From: Muribaculaceae bacterium
GTDB taxonomy: Bacteria > Bacteroidota > Bacteroidia > Bacteroidales > Muribaculaceae
Length of the DNA stretch: 64,000 bases
Direction: 5' to 3'
Assembly (NCBI GenBank): GCA_051871275.1
Contig: JBJECR010000116.1
Location: 6,775 to 70,774, forward strand
The notes under the pieces were generated by a model. The model was not told the origin of the DNA, did not search any database, and worked only from the letters and a program-made list of their open reading frames with translations. The position numbers and the translations under genes are program-made. This document shows positions 1 to 8,839 of the stretch, one piece after another (the stretch's first letter is position 1; every line of letters starts with the position of its first letter).

Positions 1-912
1 CAGGTTGATGAAGAGGATATTGAAGACTACGATGACACAGATGAAACAGACGATGTAGAAGCCGACGTTGATGAAGATGTTGACACAACGGATAATGCCA
101 GTACAACGTCTTCTAATACTCATACGTCTAACACATCTCACGCTTCATCAAACAAACCCCATAAGGATTATGATTCTGACCGCAATGGATACATGGGATC
201 TGTTGATAAGGACAAGAATTATCAACCTGTTGGCGACAGACCTTACAAACCTCGTACACGTAAGCATCCGAAGATTTTCACCAAAAAGGAATTAGAACGC
301 CTTCGCTCACATGGAACGCCTCTTGAACTGGAATCATTACCACCAACGAGGGAGGAAATAGACCTCTTAGCTCAATGTAACATCAAGCCAGAGCAGATTG
401 CCGACACCAACTATCTTGCTCAGTTGCGTCTGTACCAGAACCTCAGAAATGAGATGCACGCAGAGCCTGAGGAAACAATGGAAGAGTTCGTGCATAATGC
501 TAGTGATGTAACAGTACACAAACTTAAAGATGGTAGATACATTCATACTTGTAGTGCTGCTCGTGGCGTGATGTATGCTTCTCCTTCTGTATGGAATAAG
601 ATGGTTGATGACAAGTGGAAGATATGCGTTTATCTTGATGGACAAGGCAAGAACTTCCATTACATTAACAATGCCGAGGAATTCCTGAAACTCGTAGAAA
701 AAGACGATGTTGTTATCAAGATTACTGGTAAGGAGAAGGTTGATGTAGTAAGGGCTCTTTATACAGGCATACTAGAAGATGCCAGAGGTACTGCATACAC
801 CTTGATTCGTGTGGCGGCTCGTACAAATATGGATGCCGTATTCGCTCACTATGTTGGTGCTATGGCAGAAGCGGAAGATGGTAACGATGATTACAACGAT
901 AACGACTATTGA
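1..912 (+). CDS. Hypothetical protein, 5'-truncated by the window edge. It has an acidic D/E-rich then S/T/N-rich low-complexity tract, followed by a globular C-terminal domain and an acidic tail.
   Basis: Frame 1 is open from nt 1 (QVDEEDIEDYDDTDETDDVEADVDEDVDTT...) straight into the ORF-track entry 193..912, so the true start lies upstream of the window. The stop TGA at 910-912 overlaps or abuts the start of the next gene (TTG 909 / ATG 915). I recognise no family. Confidence 0.55.
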   Translation, partial: QVDEEDIEDYDDTDETDDVEADVDEDVDTTDNASTTSSNTHTSNTSHASSNKPHKDYDSDRNGYMGSVDKDKNYQPVGDRPYKPRTRKHPKIFTKKELERLRSHGTPLELESLPPTREEIDLLAQCNIKPEQIADTNYLAQLRLYQNLRNEMHAEPEETMEEFVHNASDVTVHKLKDGRYIHTCSAARGVMYASPSVWNKMVDDKWKICVYLDGQGKNFHYINNAEEFLKLVEKDDVVIKITGKEKVDVVRALYTGILEDARGTAYTLIRVAARTNMDAVFAHYVGAMAEAEDGNDDYNDNDY

Positions 913-3254
913 TTATGATTGACAATATCAAACTTGCTAACTATAAGTCATTCTTTGCTGACCAGGTGAAGGAGGCTATCGACGAGCAACAAAAGATTAA
1001 TCGCTCGCAGATGCGGAACTTATTCAAGACAGGTGAATTATCGCTTGCTTATGTTGATTCCATTCAGCATGAGACAGGCATGATTATCCTCAAATGCCCT
1101 CGTCGTATGGCTCCACGCTTGAAAGTTCTGAAGGGCGTGTGCATAATTAAGAAAGGTGCTAAGCAAGCATTAGGTGAACACGTTACGGAGTGGATCTGCC
1201 GTTGGGAGGAGTTCGTTGACAATAAGGATTTTCATTCTCCTGGTTCTGACATGACCCCAATGTACTATGTTCATACTGGTGATTCCAACTATGACTATGT
1301 TGCATGCTCTGGATTCAGTTTTAAGTTGTACGATATCTTGTCAAAGGCGTTGGCTGATGGCAAAAGTCTTTCACTTATCGTCCATAATCCATTTCCTCCT
1401 GTAGAGTATTTCCGCAACCTTGCCAGCTACATGGATGCGTTCTTTTCAAACGAGGAATTGAACCTTGAACCGACTATAGATTATGAGGAATGGACACCCG
1501 AAGAACTTGCGTTTGACGAACAGAAGCCAACAGGCATTTCTGACACAATCATAGACACGCTCGCTAATGAACATTGTTGTATCGTACAAGGTCCTCCGGG
1601 AACTGGTAAGAGTTACACCATCGCTTCTGTGATTTCATCGTATCTTGATGCTGGCAAAACCGTCTGCGTCACCACCATGGCGAACAAGGGCCTTATCGAG
1701 TTGATAAAGCAGAAGCCTTTGCAGAAGTATGTGAAGGGAGGTTGTGTCAGCAAGACAAATCTCTCTATTGACGAACGCAAACAGGTGTCTGGTGTAAAAG
1801 CTGCCTCTGCCGACTTGCAGGTCCCTGGTGGCGAGATGCTCTGTGCGACAAACTATCAGTTGTCAAGCGTTTTTAGCGAAAAGAAGATGACTCTGTATGG
1901 TTTGCCACAATACGATTTGGTAGTCATAGAAGAGGCTTCTCAGGCATTCCTTACTGCTATAGTTGCATTCAAACAGTTGGGTGTGGATTGTATGATAGTA
2001 GGTGACCCTATGCAGTTGCCGCCTATCGTGAAACTTAACAATCCACAATATAATTCGTGGAATGTGGCAACTCAAGTTGAAGGATTAAAGTCTATGGCGC
2101 TGGGAACATCTATAAAATCTTATCGTATAGTAACCACTTTCCGTCTCACGAGTCGATCTGCCTCCCTTACAAAATGCTTTTACGGGAATCGTTTTGTGTC
2201 TGTGAAGAAAGACTATTTAGATTTTACCAAAGCGAATAGTGTCTTATTCCCACAAGATGGCGGTGTACTTTACCATTGTACACAAGATGTCCGCAATGGA
2301 GTTTATTCAGATAAAGCAGATGCTATTATACGAGATGTGATTGAAAAGCTGGAAAAATTTTATCCTAATCGTTCTTTAGCTATCATAACACCTTTTAGAG
2401 ATTCAGTAAAGGAACTGCAGAAACGTTTCTGTACGTCTGACATTGAACTGGATATAACTATCGAAACGATAGATAGAATCCAAGGAATGACTGTTGATTA
2501 TGCAATTCTATACATTCCTGGAAGGAATCCGGGTTTCGCACTCGAAGATCGACGTTTTAATGTTGCTACAAGCCGTTCGCTTAGTACGACTCTCATTATT
2601 TCAGATATGCCTCTTAACGAATTTCATACTGTCTCACCTACAGTATTACAGTTTATAGATAATTGTGATAAGTTTGATGGTAAAACAGGTGTATGGAGAA
2701 CTAATTTGCAAGAGTCAGAATCATTAGGCCCTATAGTCCAACCTGTATCTGAAGAAAAAACAGCATCAACGGTCTCCTCCACAATAGGGTTGAAAGTTGT
2801 AGGTATAATTGATCTCTCTCAGTTTGAACGGAAAAAGAGGGAATTAAGTATGACGAAGAAAAACTACTATATCATTGATACTAATGTTTTTGTAGACTAT
2901 CCTGATATTATTTCTAAGATTGACAGAAAGTATCCTATCATCTTGTCTGCAAAGGTGACGGATGAACTCGATAAGATGAAAATCAAATTAACTGAAGAAC
3001 GAAGACAAAACGCGGAGAAGGCATTACGCAATCTTAATAATGAGTCACAGCATGAGATTTTATACGAGTTCGCAGATACTTCTTTATTGCCTGATGATTT
3101 TGATAAACGTTCACCTGACAATATGATATTATCAACTGCATTAAAGTACAAAGAACAGAATCCCATTATGCTGACATCGGACAATGGGTTACAATTAAAA
3201 TCGAAAGTCTTAGGAATTTCGTCAATAAGTTTAAAACAGTTCTTAAAACGATAA
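909..3254 (+). CDS. Superfamily-1 (Upf1/DNA2-like) helicase fused to a C-terminal PIN-domain nuclease.
   Basis: Helicase motifs: Walker A GPPGTGKS (nt ~1590-1613), Walker B-like LVVIEEASQ, motif III GDPMQLPP, motif V/VI TIDRIQGMTVD and FNVATSRS. The last ~125 aa resemble PIN/PhoH-N (YYIIDTNVFVDYPD ... VTDELDKMK ... PDNMILSTAL ... MLTSDNGLQLKS), with the acidic residues in the expected order. The start may be ATG 915 rather than TTG 909. Confidence 0.8.
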   Translation: MIMIDNIKLANYKSFFADQVKEAIDEQQKINRSQMRNLFKTGELSLAYVDSIQHETGMIILKCPRRMAPRLKVLKGVCIIKKGAKQALGEHVTEWICRWEEFVDNKDFHSPGSDMTPMYYVHTGDSNYDYVACSGFSFKLYDILSKALADGKSLSLIVHNPFPPVEYFRNLASYMDAFFSNEELNLEPTIDYEEWTPEELAFDEQKPTGISDTIIDTLANEHCCIVQGPPGTGKSYTIASVISSYLDAGKTVCVTTMANKGLIELIKQKPLQKYVKGGCVSKTNLSIDERKQVSGVKAASADLQVPGGEMLCATNYQLSSVFSEKKMTLYGLPQYDLVVIEEASQAFLTAIVAFKQLGVDCMIVGDPMQLPPIVKLNNPQYNSWNVATQVEGLKSMALGTSIKSYRIVTTFRLTSRSASLTKCFYGNRFVSVKKDYLDFTKANSVLFPQDGGVLYHCTQDVRNGVYSDKADAIIRDVIEKLEKFYPNRSLAIITPFRDSVKELQKRFCTSDIELDITIETIDRIQGMTVDYAILYIPGRNPGFALEDRRFNVATSRSLSTTLIISDMPLNEFHTVSPTVLQFIDNCDKFDGKTGVWRTNLQESESLGPIVQPVSEEKTASTVSSTIGLKVVGIIDLSQFERKKRELSMTKKNYYIIDTNVFVDYPDIISKIDRKYPIILSAKVTDELDKMKIKLTEERRQNAEKALRNLNNESQHEILYEFADTSLLPDDFDKRSPDNMILSTALKYKEQNPIMLTSDNGLQLKSKVLGISSISLKQFLKR

Positions 3255-3255
3255 T

Positions 3256-4926
3256 ATGACCGAACTCGAACTACAACAATATCTCCTTCGCGAGTACCCA
3301 CAGGAAAATACTCGCTGCGAGTGGAAGGAATTTAAGAATCTGAAGAACTCGTTCTGTGGGGACGAGAAGGACGATGTGATTTCCTACGTGTCGGCTATCG
3401 CCAACATGGAGGGAGGGCATCTTGTTATAGGTGTGCATGATAAGACATTAGATATCATTGGAACTGACACCTACAATTATGATAGACAGAAAGCTATTCT
3501 GAGATTGACGGAACGCTGTGTCAATCTATCTACAGAAGGACTTGATGTTGAAGAATTCATCACGAATGATACCAGAAAGAGGGTTTGGGTGATTCACATT
3601 CCTAAACATCGCACCAAATTACCGGTATATGCCCATAACAAGGCATGGCAACGCATTGAGGATTCCCTGGTGGAATTAACCCAAGAGAGGTTGAATGCCA
3701 TATTGGAAGAGAATAGTCCTGTTTTTGATTGGTCTGCAGAGATTGTTGAAAATGCCACTTTGGACGACCTTGACAGAAAGGCCTTGGTTAAAGCACGTGA
3801 TGAGTACAAGGCAGTTCATCCCCGCTTAGCAGATGAAGTTGATGAATGGGATGATATGGAGCTGCTTAATCGTGCTGGCGTGGCAATAAAAAGTAAACTG
3901 ACACGTGCTGCAATTTTGCTGCTGGGTAAAGAAACTGCAATCCATCTCATCAGTCCCGTTGTGGCTACTATCACATGGGTACTGATTGATGACCATGACG
4001 AGAAGATTGATTACGAGCACTTCCATACACCATTTGTTCTGACAGTAAATGAGGCTTTGTCAAAGATTCGCAATCTGAATCAGCGTATCTTACCCGGTGG
4101 AACTTTGTTTCCAGACATTGTCAAACAATACGATGACTACAGCATACGCGAAGTGCTTCATAATTGTATAGCTCACCAAGATTACACCATGCAGGAGCGT
4201 ATTACTATGGTGGAAGACCCAAATTCCGTGACATTTGCAAATGGAGGATATTTTCTTCCTGGCACAGTCAGGAATGCTATTGAGCAGAATGGCCCACAGA
4301 AATTCTATCGTAACTATGCCCTGTGTCAGGGTATGGTAAATTTTAATATGATAGACACAATCGGACGAGGAATCCGCAAGGTGTTCACAGAACAACAAAA
4401 ACGTTTCTTCCCAATGCCCGATTACAAGATAGACCAAGCAAGAAAGGAAGTCACAGTAAAAATCTACGGAAAACTTATCAATGAGAAATATTATCGTTTG
4501 TTGAAAGCCAATCCTGATCTGTCTCTAAATGACTGCATCGCTTTGGATATGGTACAGAAACATGACGCTATAGACAAAGAGACTGCCACTCGATTAAGGA
4601 AGTTGCACCTTATAGAAGGACGCTATCCTAAGTTGTATCTGTCGGAATATGTTGCCAAGACTGCCAATAATGACGAACTGAAAACTGAATACATCAGAAA
4701 CAGAAGCTTCAATGATATGCACTTCAAAGAGATGATCATATCATACCTGAAATCGTTCGGTGGAGCTACCAGAGGCGAACTCAACCAGCTATTGCAATCC
4801 AAGTTGTCTGATGTATTGACAGATGAGCAGAAGATTCGAAAGATAAGTAATTTGCTATCGGCTCTCAAGAAAGACGGCATTATAGAATTAACAAATGGCA
4901 AGAAGTGGATCTTAGTCAAAGTTTAG
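3256..4926 (+). CDS. AlbA_2 (Schlafen-like) plus HATPase_c_4 ATP-binding protein, a putative nucleic-acid-binding regulator.
   Basis: N-terminal CEWKEFKNLKN ... VSAIANMEGGHLVIGVHDKTLDIIG matches the AlbA_2 pattern. Central IREVLHNCIAHQDYT matches the HATPase_c_4 ('RecG C-terminal-like') signature. The C-terminal part looks like a wHTH. The ATG lies 1 nt after the stop of the helicase-PIN gene. Confidence 0.7.
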   Translation: MTELELQQYLLREYPQENTRCEWKEFKNLKNSFCGDEKDDVISYVSAIANMEGGHLVIGVHDKTLDIIGTDTYNYDRQKAILRLTERCVNLSTEGLDVEEFITNDTRKRVWVIHIPKHRTKLPVYAHNKAWQRIEDSLVELTQERLNAILEENSPVFDWSAEIVENATLDDLDRKALVKARDEYKAVHPRLADEVDEWDDMELLNRAGVAIKSKLTRAAILLLGKETAIHLISPVVATITWVLIDDHDEKIDYEHFHTPFVLTVNEALSKIRNLNQRILPGGTLFPDIVKQYDDYSIREVLHNCIAHQDYTMQERITMVEDPNSVTFANGGYFLPGTVRNAIEQNGPQKFYRNYALCQGMVNFNMIDTIGRGIRKVFTEQQKRFFPMPDYKIDQARKEVTVKIYGKLINEKYYRLLKANPDLSLNDCIALDMVQKHDAIDKETATRLRKLHLIEGRYPKLYLSEYVAKTANNDELKTEYIRNRSFNDMHFKEMIISYLKSFGGATRGELNQLLQSKLSDVLTDEQKIRKISNLLSALKKDGIIELTNGKKWILVKV

Positions 4927-5037
4927 TCCAACTTTAGTCGAAATCTTAGTCGAAGTGTATAAACTTAAAATTGTAATATTCTGATAATCAGCTATTATAT
5001 TTCTATTATGTGTTAGTAGAACAAAATTTATTTAGTC
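4912..5037 (+). promoter_or_regulatory. Iterated TTAGTC(R)AA motifs: four phased copies plus two more upstream of the XRE gene.
   Basis: TTAGTC occurs at 4912, 4923, 4934 and 4946 (spacing 11, 11, 12 nt), and again at 5032, with a TTAGTA variant at 5013. The array spans the end of the AlbA_2 gene and the intergenic region before the XRE gene (ATG 5060). Confidence 0.45.
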
Positions 5038-5059
5038 GAACTCAAAGAAAGCGAAAGAT

Positions 5060-5347
5060 ATGTTATTCGGAGACAAAATCAGAGAACTCAGAGACGAGCA
5101 AGGTTTGTTGCAACGCCAACTGGCAGCTGCATTAGAGATTGATACCCCCATGTTCAGCAAGATTGAGCGTGGAGACAGACGAGCCAAACGAGAGCAAGTA
5201 GTCAAACTTGCAAAATTGCTGCATCAGGATGAAAACGAGATGCTGAAACTATGGCTTGCCGACAAAGTGATAGATGCAGTTGGGGATGAAAATGACCATA
5301 TTCTGAAACACGATGCCATAGAAATGGCACAAAAAACAATCTTGTAA
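5060..5347 (+). CDS. XRE-family helix-turn-helix transcriptional regulator.
   Basis: LRELRDEQGLLQRQLAAALEIDTPMFSKIERGDRRAKREQVVKLAKLL is a canonical HTH_3/Cro-C1 pattern. The gene lies 10 nt upstream of the next gene. Confidence 0.85.
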   Translation: MLFGDKIRELRDEQGLLQRQLAAALEIDTPMFSKIERGDRRAKREQVVKLAKLLHQDENEMLKLWLADKVIDAVGDENDHILKHDAIEMAQKTIL

Positions 5348-5357
5348 GACAACGATT

Positions 5358-8204
5358 ATGGATGCAGACACCCTCATGAGAAGATTGCATGAGTTGGAAG
5401 AGGAGAACAAACGGTTGAAGTCTCTTCTTTCCGAACATGGCATACCGTTTGAAGCGTATACTCATGATGGGAATCTTACTGCGTCCCAATTCTCAAACTC
5501 GACGGATTCAACCATCAGCCTTTCTTTGCAGGAAAAGGTTGAGCTGTTCCAAAGCCTATTCAAAGGGCGCGAGGATGTGTTTGCCCAAAGATGGTATAGC
5601 GATACGAGTAAGAAGTCAGGCTATCAGCCAGTATGCGAACGAGAATGGAACCGAGAGTTCTGCGACAAGCGTAAATACAAATGTTCAGAATGTCCTAACC
5701 GAAAGTTCGCTCCACTATCATACGAACATATATTCAATCACCTTGCGGGTAAGGATGCCTATGGCCGTGATGTAGTTGGCTTATATCCGCTGTTAAATGA
5801 TAATACCTGCTATTTCCTCTGTACCGATTTTGATGACAAGAGTTGTGAGCATGGGTATCAGCAAGATGTGCTTGCTTTTACAAGTGTATGCAAGGAATGG
5901 GGAGTTCCTTGCTATATAGAGCGGTCACGTTCCGGCAATGGAGCACATGTGTGGGTGTTCTTTGAGAGTGCCATCGTAGCCATAAAGGCAAGACGACTGG
6001 GAAAGTCAATTCTGTCAGAGGCTATGAATAAGGACGTGCATCTTTCCTTCAAAGCGTACGACCGGTTTTTCCCCAATCAAGACACCTTACCCGAAGGCGG
6101 AATGGGAAACCTCGTAGCCCTACCCTTACAAGGACAGGCACGAAGGAATGGAAACAGCATTTTTGTAGATGAAAGTTTCCAGCCTTATCCCGACCAATGG
6201 GTATTCCTTCTCAGTATTCAGAAAATGTCAGAGGCAACCGTTGATGCCATTCTACAAGAACACGCTTCGACATTGGGTGAATTGACAAAAAGCAGCGAGG
6301 GAAAGCCTTGGGAAACACCTAAGCCAGAGACTATTGACCAATCAGATTTCCCGACAAGTATATCATTGACAAGGGCGAATATGCTGTACGTCCCTTTGGG
6401 TTGTCTGTCGGCAAAGGCTGTCAACTATTTCAAGCGAATGGCAGCATTCCATAATCCTGAGTTTTATGCAAGGCAAGGTATGCGGCTGTCAACCCATGAT
6501 GTTCCTCGTATAATATCATGCTCAGAATTGACGGACAACTTTATAGCCCTGCCTCGTGGATGCGAGGATGATGTGGTGAATCTCCTTGAAGCAAACAATG
6601 TTGAATACTTCATAGATGACAAGACCAGCCATGGGCGAACCATTGATGTGTCATTCAAAGGTGAACTTCGTGAAGAACAACAACGAGCCATGTCCTCTAT
6701 GTTTCCTCATCCTGTAGGCACACTGTCTGCCACAACGGCTTTTGGGAAAACCGTGTTTGCTATTGCGATGATTGCTCAAAGGAAATTGAATACGTTGATA
6801 TTGGTACACAGGAAATCTCTGCTCGACCAGTGGAAAAAGCAAATGAAAGACTTTTTGGAAATAAGCGAAGTCGTAGAGGATAATTCAAAACGACGGAAGA
6901 AAAATCTTTCGCCCATAGGGGAACTATGCTCGGGAAAGGACTCTCTGCATGGAGTGATTGACATTGCCTTGATACAATCATGCTTGGAGAACAACGAGGT
7001 CAAACCTTCCGTTAGAGACTATGGCATGGTGATTGTCGATGAATGTCATCATGTCTCATCTGTGAGCTTTGAACAAGTACTGAAACAGGTAAACGCCCGT
7101 TATGTTTATGGACTTACAGCTACTCCTATACGCAAGGACGGACATCAGCCCATCATCTTTATGCAATGTGGAAAGATACGATATACTGCAGATGCTAAAA
7201 GTCAGATGGACAGACAGAACTTTGTCCGTACCCTAATACCGCGTTTCACATCTTTCCGTAATGTTTTGCCCGACAACAAAACATATACTCAAACCATAGA
7301 GGCTTTATCGACAGACGATGTGAGAAACAAGCTCATCATAGAGGATGTGAAAAAGGAAATTGCAGAAGGACGGACTCCCATTATCCTTACCAATTTGACA
7401 TCCCACGTGAGGATTCTTACGGATTTGTTGCTGCCTCATGCAATGCATGTAGTCAGTCTTGTCGGTGCAGACTCTGCGAAAGAGAAGAGGATTGCAATGG
7501 AAAAATTGGAGAACATTCCCGCATCCGATACGTTAGTCATAGTTGCCACAGGCAAATACATCGGTGAAGGTTTCGACTATTCTAGACTTGACTCGCTGTT
7601 TCTTGCGCTACCCATTTCATGGAAAGGGAATATAGCCCAATATGCAGGCAGATTGCATCGGGATTATGAGGGAAAGAATGAAGTGCGCATCTTTGACTAT
7701 GTTGACATACGCATTCCCCTCTGCGATTCCATGTATAGAAAGCGATTGAGAGGGTACGCATCTGTGGGTTATGGTGTCACGAAGCCAACAGAAGGAAACA
7801 GCGTTTCAAAGCGAGAATTGATTTACGATGGTCAGACTTTTTCAGAACCATTCCGTCAAGACCTGCTTACAGCCAAACATAGCATAGTCATCTCCTGTCA
7901 GAAGATAAAGTTCAATTATGCACCTCGATTACTATATCTTTTACGAGACCTTATGACCAATGGTATTGAAGTTGTTATTTGGGTCAAGGAACAAGGCATT
8001 AGCGAAAATGAATTACGGAATAATGGCATAGAAGTACAATGCGACGAAACTCTGTCAGTGCAATGTGCGATAATTGATAAATCCACAGTCTGGTACGGTA
8101 GCATCAACTTCTTTGGTTACAACACAGAAGAGAACAACGTGATACGAATCGCTGACTCATTCATAGCCAATGAACTGCTGGATATTATATATGGACAGTG
8201 TTAA
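5358..8204 (+). CDS. Fusion protein: coiled coil, archaeo-eukaryotic primase (AEP/Prim-Pol) domain, SF2 DExH helicase, and a degenerate PLD-like C-terminal domain.
   Basis: AEP motifs: FLCTDFDD (motif I), SRSGNGAHVWVFF (motif II), YDRFFPNQD..GNLVALPLQG (motif III region). Helicase motifs: ATTAFGKT (Walker A), IVDECHHV (DExH), GLTATP, GEGFDY, QYAGRLHR. C-terminus: SVQCAIIDKSTVWYGSIN fits HxKxxxxDxxxxxxGSxN with H->S and K->Q (nt 8055-8108). From memory, similar N-terminal domains are labelled 'TOTE conflict system AEP domain'; this is not verified here. Confidence 0.8.
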   Translation: MDADTLMRRLHELEEENKRLKSLLSEHGIPFEAYTHDGNLTASQFSNSTDSTISLSLQEKVELFQSLFKGREDVFAQRWYSDTSKKSGYQPVCEREWNREFCDKRKYKCSECPNRKFAPLSYEHIFNHLAGKDAYGRDVVGLYPLLNDNTCYFLCTDFDDKSCEHGYQQDVLAFTSVCKEWGVPCYIERSRSGNGAHVWVFFESAIVAIKARRLGKSILSEAMNKDVHLSFKAYDRFFPNQDTLPEGGMGNLVALPLQGQARRNGNSIFVDESFQPYPDQWVFLLSIQKMSEATVDAILQEHASTLGELTKSSEGKPWETPKPETIDQSDFPTSISLTRANMLYVPLGCLSAKAVNYFKRMAAFHNPEFYARQGMRLSTHDVPRIISCSELTDNFIALPRGCEDDVVNLLEANNVEYFIDDKTSHGRTIDVSFKGELREEQQRAMSSMFPHPVGTLSATTAFGKTVFAIAMIAQRKLNTLILVHRKSLLDQWKKQMKDFLEISEVVEDNSKRRKKNLSPIGELCSGKDSLHGVIDIALIQSCLENNEVKPSVRDYGMVIVDECHHVSSVSFEQVLKQVNARYVYGLTATPIRKDGHQPIIFMQCGKIRYTADAKSQMDRQNFVRTLIPRFTSFRNVLPDNKTYTQTIEALSTDDVRNKLIIEDVKKEIAEGRTPIILTNLTSHVRILTDLLLPHAMHVVSLVGADSAKEKRIAMEKLENIPASDTLVIVATGKYIGEGFDYSRLDSLFLALPISWKGNIAQYAGRLHRDYEGKNEVRIFDYVDIRIPLCDSMYRKRLRGYASVGYGVTKPTEGNSVSKRELIYDGQTFSEPFRQDLLTAKHSIVISCQKIKFNYAPRLLYLLRDLMTNGIEVVIWVKEQGISENELRNNGIEVQCDETLSVQCAIIDKSTVWYGSINFFGYNTEENNVIRIADSFIANELLDIIYGQC

Positions 8205-8309
8205 TGAATGTGAACCACAAATAGTGTAGGTATAATACGCTCAATTATCGATTCCAATTCGTGTAAGGGGGAAACAATGACCTAAACAATCGATGGGAAA
8301 TATATGGTA

Positions 8310-8696
8310 TCAAAACAGCCCTTTCGCTATATATAAGTACTGACATACAGATAGTTAAGTGCTGTATTTAGGTTCAAGCGTGAGAGTCTGTACTTGTTAC
8401 TCGTCCCACACCTTGAGGCTCTCGCATTGCCCATCTCAGTTATAACGAGCAACGCTGCAGAGGCCTCACGCATAATATGTACGTACAGTCATTATGAAAC
8501 TATAAAAGTACCATAACAACTCGAATATACATATCCACAAGGCATCTACCGTTGCTACATTCCTGACTGAGATTTTGAAACTTGCGAGATTTCAAGATGC
8601 CGGGAATGAGCGTAAAGTAAACGCTTCCTTTATGTCTGCATACCCACCCTCAAATCCCATATCGGGTCTCTGCGAGCAATATGCACTGCAAATATA
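8310..8696 (-). ncRNA. Candidate structured non-coding element, copy A. It is a paralogue of the element at 19848-20186.
   Basis: It sits in a 635-nt ORF-free gap. On the minus strand there is a TATATTTG (TAnnTTTG, Bacteroides -7 box) at 8696-8689. The ordered blocks GGGTGGGT (8649-8642), GGAATGTAGCAACGGTAGATGCC, GGGCAAT (8432-8426) and GGACGAG (8406-8400) are shared with copy B at near-identical spacing. A long-range helix pairs 8378-8384 (gcgtgag) with 8465-8471 (ctcacgc). The 3' end is uncertain. Confidence 0.3.
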
Positions 8697-8839
8697 ATTA
8701 AAATTTTTTATATACACATATATCAATGCCTTTTTTCCTGATTTTTACAAAAAGGCAGTTTGCAAATTTTTTCCACAAACAAAACTGAACTGACACAAAT
8801 AAAAAAATTTGATTCAAAAGATTAGAACCTGTTTTGAAA

